From the NCBI GenBank assembly GCA_019421365.1, contig JAHZFJ010000005.1, positions 1 through 46,300 of the forward strand: DNA of 46,300 nt, given 5' to 3'. Below are positions 39,845 to 46,300 of this stretch, piece by piece. The DNA is from Lachnospiraceae bacterium. Its GTDB lineage: Bacteria > Bacillota > Clostridia > Lachnospirales > Lachnospiraceae. A program made the position numbers and the translations under genes. The stretch's first letter is position 1; each line of letters starts with the position of its first letter. The notes under the pieces are model-generated. The model ran no database searches, was not told where the DNA came from, and saw nothing but the letters and a program-made list of their open reading frames with translations.

Positions 39845-40186
39845 TTAATAAAGTGAAATTCTTACAGCTGGATCGAATGGCATATACCAAGCAATTTGAT
39901 TCAAAGGAATTATTAATGGAGTTGGGAATATGAATTCTGGAGCCTGATTCATTTTAATATTTGCAGTTTCAATCAGAACAAATTCATCCGTTAATTCCGT
40001 TATTTTGCCTACTATAATAGGACGAAAAACTTGGTTTAAGATATTAAGTTGATTTGCCTTTAATACAAACATCACGTCAGTACATAGATGATTTTTTAAC
40101 ATATCAGCTAACAAAGGATTTTTAAGTGTACTAGTAGTACACATTTTATTTTCATCAATATTTTCTATCATTTTACATGCCCCCAT
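39845..40186 (-). CDS. Small hypothetical protein, 113 aa
   Basis: ORF track; start lies 2 nt after the stop of the Cys-rich gene. Confidence 0.5.
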   Translation of the reverse strand: MGACKMIENIDENKMCTTSTLKNPLLADMLKNHLCTDVMFVLKANQLNILNQVFRPIIVGKITELTDEFVLIETANIKMNQAPEFIFPTPLIIPLNQIAWYMPFDPAVRISLY

Positions 40187-40188
40187 AA

Positions 40189-40914
40189 TTAATGATCATG
40201 ACCAATATTGTCAGGATATATATTAAGCTCTCCTTGTAGTAACTCAGAACCTACTTTAATCTCAGTTTCAAAAAGTGGTGCGGAATATACATATAGCGCT
40301 GCAGGAGATTCACAATTTTTGTTTTTTGCATATATCGTAACTTCTCTTGAAGTTTCATCTTCTAAGACCACATGGAAAATTGCTACCATATTATCTCCAG
40401 TTGGTGCATGATAACATTCAAGTTTCTTAGAACTAAATAAAAGTTTGCCTAATCCATCGTAAAGAGAAAACTCTCCTAAGTGTGCTGTAAATTCCCTATG
40501 AATGCGAATCGTGAATCTATATTGTTTTAAACAGTTTGTGTTTTCATCATAGCAACCTTTTTCACAGCGTTTTGTCTCATTTTCTTGATTGTTTCTCTCA
40601 TAGAGGGGAGCTTTGACAGTTTTTTCCTCGCAGGTACATTCATTATCTCCACATATGGTTCCATTACCAACAACTAAATCTGCGCTATGTGGGAAACGTG
40701 GAACATCACAAACTTCTGGTTCACAAATTGGACCAAAAACACTATTGCACATACTGTTTGATGTGCTAGAATTTGAACAGTCTTCTGCGTGAGCTTTGCA
40801 ATTATATCGACATTTACCCTGACAATTAGGATTATCACAAATACAATTCTCGTGGTAACATTTTGAACTTTGGTAATCATTATCTGTATTATTATAATTA
40901 TCCATCAAGACCAA
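40189..40914 (-). CDS. Cysteine-rich protein with a metallothionein-like N-terminal half and a globular C-terminal half
   Basis: About 22 Cys in the first 130 aa, arranged as CxC/CxxC clusters (CYHENCICDNPNCQGKCRYNCKAHAEDC..). Confidence 0.55.
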   Translation of the reverse strand: MVLMDNYNNTDNDYQSSKCYHENCICDNPNCQGKCRYNCKAHAEDCSNSSTSNSMCNSVFGPICEPEVCDVPRFPHSADLVVGNGTICGDNECTCEEKTVKAPLYERNNQENETKRCEKGCYDENTNCLKQYRFTIRIHREFTAHLGEFSLYDGLGKLLFSSKKLECYHAPTGDNMVAIFHVVLEDETSREVTIYAKNKNCESPAALYVYSAPLFETEIKVGSELLQGELNIYPDNIGHDH

Positions 40915-41040
40915 ACCTTTCTAGATTTTGAAGTTTAGTGTTAAATACTAATATACAGTATATGTCGAATATATGGGGAATGTGTCGAAATATAAAGAAA
41001 ATGTAAAGAATAATAAAAAATAAATAAAAAACCGTAAATG

Positions 41041-41086
41041 ACAGAAACAGTTATAATTGTTTCAGTCATTTACGGTTAAAGTACTG
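41041..41086 (-). terminator. Orphan intrinsic terminator oriented for the minus strand. An 18-bp stem is followed, in minus-strand sense, by TTTTTATTTATTTTTTATT.
   Basis: ACCGTAAATGACAGAAACA-GTTATAATT-GTTTCAGTCATTTACGGT. No minus-strand gene lies upstream of it. Confidence 0.45.
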
Positions 41087-41154
41087 TTATGTTAGAATAC
41101 AAAGGTAGTTGGTTAAGTGTTGCAATTATGATTCAATATGTAAGGGGAATACAG

Positions 41155-41892
41155 ATGCGTTATGAATTTAGTTTTTATAAGGAAGAAGATTTTGAAGAGA
41201 TTGAACAATTGGTCTTGGCTTCCTATAGCTTCGAGTATCCAGTTTGGGGGTTGAGCAGACAGGAATTTACAAAAGGTTTACATCCAGCTTTCACTGGTCA
41301 CTATCATACCTTTGAGCATACTGTTGGGGTATATAAAGAAGATGGTAAAATCGTTGCGGTTGTTATGAATGAAGGTAATTATGATGGCGAAGTTTTCTTT
41401 CTATTCGATTCACAAGAACGTGGTGAAGAGAGAGAGCTTCTAATAGAGATGATTAGATTTGCTAAGACCAACGTATCTGGAATAAAAGAGGATAGACGAA
41501 CGAAATACATAGATCTGTATGTACCAGAGTGGAACATAACATTAAAAGAATTGCTTAATGAAAAAGGTTTTACAAAGGAAGAGTGGAGCGAATCGTTATA
41601 CGTTTTACCATTTAATGATGAGCCTTTTGACGTCAAATTACCTGAAGGGTATACGTTTGCAGATGGGAATGCCACACCTGATTTCTATCTTTCCAATACA
41701 CATAGATTGTCATTTGGCTATGGTGGTGAAGATCATGCATGTACGCATGGGGAACAGGCATTTCATGACTTACGGCAAATGAAGCATTACAGAAAAGATC
41801 GAGATATCTGTGTACTTGATGAACTGAAAAGACCAGTTGAAATTGCAAATTCTCATGCCAAGCCTTCATGCAATATGCATATAGTAATATGA
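41155..41892 (+). CDS. Hypothetical protein. The start is probably ATG 41155 after AAGGGGAA; the ORF track extends to 41089.
   Basis: ORF track. I recognise no domain. A GNAT-like fold is possible but unsupported. Confidence 0.45.
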   Translation: MRYEFSFYKEEDFEEIEQLVLASYSFEYPVWGLSRQEFTKGLHPAFTGHYHTFEHTVGVYKEDGKIVAVVMNEGNYDGEVFFLFDSQERGEERELLIEMIRFAKTNVSGIKEDRRTKYIDLYVPEWNITLKELLNEKGFTKEEWSESLYVLPFNDEPFDVKLPEGYTFADGNATPDFYLSNTHRLSFGYGGEDHACTHGEQAFHDLRQMKHYRKDRDICVLDELKRPVEIANSHAKPSCNMHIVI

Positions 41893-42028
41893 CAATTGTC
41901 ACTTTTAATAAATACTATATTGTAATGAATAATAGCTTATGGTAATATATACCCTGCAAGGAACAATTTAGCTAGTATCGGTTGATGGCGCTAGCGACCG
42001 AACAGACGGAAAGTGAGGGGGGATTTCG

Positions 42029-43696
42029 ATGAAAGAGCTATTGTGGAATAAGAGAGGAAAGTTCATACAGTATTTGTTTGCTTCATTTTTGTTTATTGTA
42101 GACCATTTTGTACAGATTGTAACGTTCTCTGTTATACTAGGAGCAATTGAGCAAGGTACAGATACTGATATGAAGAAGATTATTGGGATTGCAATCTTCG
42201 CAGGCGTGTATAACGCAATCAATTTTATTATTTCAAGGATGCTTCGTATTGGATTTATGCGAGATATCATTCTTGAGGTAAGAAAACAGGCATTTGATAA
42301 AATCATGCGAATGTCTTTCAAACAATTTAGTAGAAAATCAAAAGACGTTTATTTATCTAATTTGATTAATGATATTAATACATTTGAGGAGAGCTTTTTT
42401 GTAAGCTTGTTAAATTTCTTAATCAATACGGGAATGTTTATCTTAAGTTTTATAGTATTGCTGTTCTTACAACCTGTATTGGCAGGGTATATGTTGATTG
42501 CTTCAGCAATCTTGTATGTAATATCCTATTTCTTCTCTAAGAAAACAGTGACATTACAAGAAGAAGTATCAAAAGAAAATGAAGTATTTACTACAAATAT
42601 CAATAACACCTTCCAAGGTCTTGAGATACTTAAGTTAAATCGTATGGAAGATAAGTTCTTACATAAGAGCTTAGATGGACTCCGTAAGTTAGAACTTAGG
42701 AGATATATATTTAATATCTTTGCTGAATGCCAGAAGAATTTAATTAATGTAATTGGTTACGTAATCTCTTGTTTTTTAATGTTATATCTATGTCTTAACT
42801 TTGATAAGGGAATGACATTAACAAATGCAGCCATTGTATTTCAGTTAGGAACAATGATGTTTTTTAATCTGATTGAAGCGTTTCCATTATGGAATAAGAT
42901 CAAGGCTTCTGCGAACATCTATGAAAAGATAACAAAGGACGATGAAGAGAACAATGAGGGCGAAAGTGAAATTAGTGACATTGAAAAGACAGAAGAATTC
43001 AAGATCAATAGGCAAATTGAAGTAAGAGATGTATCCTTTAGTTATGGTGACAAAGAGATTCTAAAACATGCAAACTTTGTGATAGAAAAAGGTAAGAAGT
43101 ATCTAATCAAAGGTGTTAGTGGTGCTGGTAAATCTACATTAATTAATTTACTTTCTATGACCTATGACAACTATGAGGGGCAGATCTTAGCAGATGGCAT
43201 AGATTATAAGAAAATAAAAGAATGTACTTTCCATGATAAAGTTTCATTCATTTATCAAAATGTATTCTTATTCGAAGATACGATTCGCAATAATATAACC
43301 CTATATAAGGAGATTCCTGATGAGCTGGTTCAATCTGCCATAGAAGCATGTGATTTGTCAGAATTAATAGCTAATCAAGAACATGGATTAGACCAAGTAT
43401 TAATGGAAAACGGAAAGAATCTGTCCGGAGGACAAAGACAAAGAATCTCTATTGCAAGAGCCATTGCCAAAGATTCAGAGATCCTATTCGTTGATGAGGG
43501 GACATCAAGTCTGAATGAAGAACTTGGACGGGAGATTGAAAAGGTATTTATATCTCTTCCTCAGACAGTAGTTGCTATTAGTCATAGATATTATGAAGGA
43601 ATATCGGAACAATATGACTATGTATTAGAAATCAAGAATGGTGAAGTATTGCAAAGCGTTGCGGCAGATTATTTTGGGGAGGTGGTTACATGCTAA
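42029..43696 (+). CDS. ABC exporter, fused permease plus ATP-binding protein (half-transporter, subunit 1)
   Basis: N-terminal TMD; Walker A GVSGAGKST, signature LSGGQRQR. Confidence 0.8.
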   Translation: MKELLWNKRGKFIQYLFASFLFIVDHFVQIVTFSVILGAIEQGTDTDMKKIIGIAIFAGVYNAINFIISRMLRIGFMRDIILEVRKQAFDKIMRMSFKQFSRKSKDVYLSNLINDINTFEESFFVSLLNFLINTGMFILSFIVLLFLQPVLAGYMLIASAILYVISYFFSKKTVTLQEEVSKENEVFTTNINNTFQGLEILKLNRMEDKFLHKSLDGLRKLELRRYIFNIFAECQKNLINVIGYVISCFLMLYLCLNFDKGMTLTNAAIVFQLGTMMFFNLIEAFPLWNKIKASANIYEKITKDDEENNEGESEISDIEKTEEFKINRQIEVRDVSFSYGDKEILKHANFVIEKGKKYLIKGVSGAGKSTLINLLSMTYDNYEGQILADGIDYKKIKECTFHDKVSFIYQNVFLFEDTIRNNITLYKEIPDELVQSAIEACDLSELIANQEHGLDQVLMENGKNLSGGQRQRISIARAIAKDSEILFVDEGTSSLNEELGREIEKVFISLPQTVVAISHRYYEGISEQYDYVLEIKNGEVLQSVAADYFGEVVTC

Positions 43697-45318
43697 AGAG
43701 AGTATTACGACCATTTCCACAACTTATTATTGCTTTGATTTGTCTCGCTGCTGGTACAATCTTAGATGGTATGGTATTTGTTAAGATGATGAGCTTTCTA
43801 GATTATGCACTTGTAGGGGATATGGCTACTTTGAAAGCAGAGATACCATTATTTTTGTTGCAAGCCTGTTTGCTAATCCCAGTAGGTTTACTAGGAACGA
43901 TAACAAAATCATGGTTTCGTAAAGATGCCAATCTTAGCATGAAGAAATACTATATACGAGGAATATTTAAGAAGAATATCTCAGAATTCCAACACGAGAA
44001 TACAGCAACGTATATATCAAGGTTAACCAATGATTGCAATACCCTTGATGCGAATTTTGTAGAGGGTCTATTCACAGTATTCAACGGTATCACTAACTTC
44101 GCTGTTGCTATCTGGATTCTATCAACAGTTGGAGAGGGGATGATTGGTTTTGCTGTGGGTATTACCTCAGTAACGGCAGTTGTATCCATGATATTATCAA
44201 GGCCAGTATCCAAGAAGGTAAAAGAACGAAGCGATCATTTTGATGGATATACCTCTTATATTAAGGAAGTATTATCTGCATTCCATATTGTAAAGAGTAA
44301 TAATCTAAAGGAAAAGGTTACGAATGATTATTATGAGAAAAGTACAGAGATTCAACATAAGGGATATATCATAGAGAAGATTTATACATTTATCAATGCA
44401 TTGCAAAATGGATCATTCTCTCTAATGATTTATCTGGGACTTTGCTATCTGACTTATCAAGCTGTTAAGGGAAATATTACTGCAGCAGGAGCATTAACCG
44501 TTTCCCAGGCGATTCAGCGTATTGCTTGGCCGCTTATGATGATGAGTGAAGCAGTACCTAAGATCTTTGCTTCCAAGGATCTTGGTAAGAAGATTAATGA
44601 GAGTTTATTGAATAAGAATAAACACGAAGAGACTATCGAATTACATGAATTTACTGACAAGATTGAATTGAAAGGTGTTGGTTTTGCTTACGAAGATGCA
44701 GAAGATAAAGCAAAGACACTTCATGACGTGAACATGGAACTTAAGAAGAATGGAAAATATCTAATTGTGGGACCATCAGGTGGTGGTAAATCTACATTAC
44801 TGAAATTGCTTCGTAAATACTATGACGCTACAGAGGGGAATTTATCTATAGATGGAAAATCATTAGCGAGTGTTAAGAAGGAAGATTATTTCTCATTGAT
44901 TGCAAATGTAGAGCAACAGGTGTTTATCTTTGAAGATACTTTGAAGAATAACATTACTCTTTACAAAGAATATTCAGATGAGGAAATTAAGGAAGCAATT
45001 GAAGTAGCGGGATTAACCTCTTTCGTAGAAAATCTACCAGATGGGTTAGATACTATGATTTATGATAATGGAAAGAATATCTCAGGGGGAGAACGTAGCC
45101 GTATTGTTATTGCAAGAGCGATGTTAGCAAAAGCAAGTATCCTATTCATGGATGAGGCATTTGCAGCACTTGATATGGAACGTGCCAGAGAAATTGAGAA
45201 GACAATCTTAAGACTTAAGAACATCACGGTAATTAATGTAAGTCATGTTATCTTTAAAGATACCATATCACAGTATGATAAGGTGTTTCATGTGAAGGGA
45301 ACTGTGACTGAAGGCTAA
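43690..45318 (+). CDS. ABC exporter, fused permease plus ATP-binding protein (subunit 2)
   Basis: TMD; Walker A GPSGGGKST, signature ISGGERSR; overlapping start suggests translational coupling. Confidence 0.8.
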   Translation: MLKRVLRPFPQLIIALICLAAGTILDGMVFVKMMSFLDYALVGDMATLKAEIPLFLLQACLLIPVGLLGTITKSWFRKDANLSMKKYYIRGIFKKNISEFQHENTATYISRLTNDCNTLDANFVEGLFTVFNGITNFAVAIWILSTVGEGMIGFAVGITSVTAVVSMILSRPVSKKVKERSDHFDGYTSYIKEVLSAFHIVKSNNLKEKVTNDYYEKSTEIQHKGYIIEKIYTFINALQNGSFSLMIYLGLCYLTYQAVKGNITAAGALTVSQAIQRIAWPLMMMSEAVPKIFASKDLGKKINESLLNKNKHEETIELHEFTDKIELKGVGFAYEDAEDKAKTLHDVNMELKKNGKYLIVGPSGGGKSTLLKLLRKYYDATEGNLSIDGKSLASVKKEDYFSLIANVEQQVFIFEDTLKNNITLYKEYSDEEIKEAIEVAGLTSFVENLPDGLDTMIYDNGKNISGGERSRIVIARAMLAKASILFMDEAFAALDMERAREIEKTILRLKNITVINVSHVIFKDTISQYDKVFHVKGTVTEG

Positions 45319-45329
45319 TAAGTAGAATG

Positions 45330-45379
45330 AATGGCTGTTGCAAAAGGAGTGGGAATCCATTTTGCAACAGCCATTTTAT
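45330..45379. terminator. Bidirectional terminator (16-bp stem AATGGCTGTTGCAAAA/TTTTGCAACAGCCATT)
   Basis: Read directly; lies between convergent genes. Confidence 0.7.
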
Positions 45380-45413
45380 GATATTTACTTGTTCATATCT
45401 AAAGAGTGTTATC

Positions 45414-46283
45414 TTATAGAGTATTAAGAAAAGCATATAGTGCTGGAGCAATCGGACGCTTATTACTGTAGATAACTTGGATATACATTTGAATCTGATA
45501 ATCAGCCATTTTTATAAGGGATATCTTACCTTCGTCTAGAGCCTCTTGTAAAGTAAAAGCTGGCAGTAGACCAATGCCAAGTTGATTAGAGACAGCATCG
45601 ATAATGTAATTAGTATAACCAATCTCAGTGGTACAGTTCAAAGATAGATTCCTCATTGTTATATCTGTTTCGAATACATCTCGATAGTTACAACCCTTCT
45701 CAGTCAAGATAAAGGGTTCTTGCAAGAGACGATCAAGATATACGACTTCTTCATTGGCAAGTGGATGAGACGAAGAACAGAAAAAAGAGATGTCTACCGG
45801 ATATTCTCTTACCGTCACTAGATCAGGTCGATGGATTTTATTATCTAATAAGAAGATAACATCAAAGGTACCATTATCAAGGTTTTCTAAGGCTTGTTGG
45901 GTAGTAATAATCTGTATGTTTAAAGAAACGGTTGGGTGTGTTGCTGAGAAATTCTGAAAATACTTTGTATAGTTTGAGGAGCATACCGTCTCCATGACTC
46001 CAATGTTTAAGTTGCCCTTTGGTTCATTCGTTATAGCAAAATGATTGATTGCCTTTGATTCGTACTTTATAATTTGATAGGCGTACTGTAAAAAATCTTT
46101 GCCATTATCTGATAATGTAAGTTTCTTACCATTTCTATTAAACAAGTCAACACCTAGCTCCTCTTCAAGTTGGCGAATCTGCAAGGTTATTGTGGATTGA
46201 GCATAGCCTAAGTGAATAGCTGCTTTAGTTATGCTACCTAATTCGGTTACTTTAATAAATGATCGTATATTTCTTATCTCCAT
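45414..46283 (-). CDS. LysR-family transcriptional regulator
   Basis: N-terminal HTH (IRSFIKVTELGSITKAAIHLGYAQSTITLQIRQLEEELG) and LysR substrate-binding domain; RBS AGGAGG. Confidence 0.85.
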   Translation of the reverse strand: MEIRNIRSFIKVTELGSITKAAIHLGYAQSTITLQIRQLEEELGVDLFNRNGKKLTLSDNGKDFLQYAYQIIKYESKAINHFAITNEPKGNLNIGVMETVCSSNYTKYFQNFSATHPTVSLNIQIITTQQALENLDNGTFDVIFLLDNKIHRPDLVTVREYPVDISFFCSSSHPLANEEVVYLDRLLQEPFILTEKGCNYRDVFETDITMRNLSLNCTTEIGYTNYIIDAVSNQLGIGLLPAFTLQEALDEGKISLIKMADYQIQMYIQVIYSNKRPIAPALYAFLNTL

Positions 46284-46300
46284 GTCTGGGATTCCTCCTA

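Noticed and set aside
41089-41154. Longer N-terminus (start 41089) for the 41155 gene
   Set aside because: It would begin inside the tail of the strong hairpin and has no RBS. ATG 41155 is preceded by AAGGGGAA.
1-46300. CRISPR arrays, tRNA/rRNA genes, IS elements with transposase
   Set aside because: No regularly spaced direct repeats, no tRNA-like cloverleaf candidates and no transposase- or integrase-like ORFs were seen on visual inspection.

Overview
Low-GC Firmicutes (Clostridia-like) chromosomal window, about 46 kb, with some 45 genes, mostly on the + strand. Housekeeping and accessory content: a polar-amino-acid ABC importer, a YciI-like protein, a MerR-family regulator preceded by a 19-bp-spacer promoter with a central palindrome, a formate/nitrite-family transporter, a flotillin-like SPFH protein, a MATE efflux pump, an AzoR-like azoreductase, an AlaX-L tRNA-editing protein, a DAG-kinase-like lipid kinase, a CYP152 fatty-acid peroxygenase, an Idi-like Nudix protein and SAM methyltransferase followed by UbiD/UbiA/UbiX homologues and an NMT1-type ABC importer, a flavodoxin/ferredoxin protein, a heterodimeric ABC exporter pair and a LysR regulator. 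Four regions stand out. (1) A five-gene exopolysaccharide locus (10.9-20.4 kb) behind a near-consensus sigma-A promoter: a UDP-N-acetylhexosamine dehydrogenase, a 1108-aa membrane protein with four tandem CE4 (NodB) deacetylase domains of which only the last keeps the catalytic motifs, a PilZ-domain fused to a hyaluronan-synthase/NodC-like GT2 synthase (GDDR and QxxRW motifs), a degenerate CE4-like membrane protein and a GH18-like lipoprotein. I read this as a c-di-GMP-gated synthase-dependent system for a partly deacetylated GlcNAc/uronic-acid polymer. (2) A 627-aa regulator built from two HTH-XRE + helical-repeat (RNPP/Rgg-like) modules in tandem, with an unannotated convergent 51-aa signal-peptide-bearing ORF overlapping its stop codon, which is a candidate secreted signalling-peptide precursor. 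(3) A minus-strand operon encoding a metallothionein-like Cys-rich protein, two paralogous small proteins and a 1211-aa signal-peptide-less protein made of three roughly 400-aa repeats (six cupredoxin-like domains). Only one complete multicopper-oxidase copper-ligand set is present and it is split across repeats 1 and 2. The promoter looks sporulation-type. (4) A roughly 350-bp structured intergenic region (20.45-20.80 kb) made of a long imperfect inverted repeat. No rRNA, tRNA or CRISPR arrays were seen.
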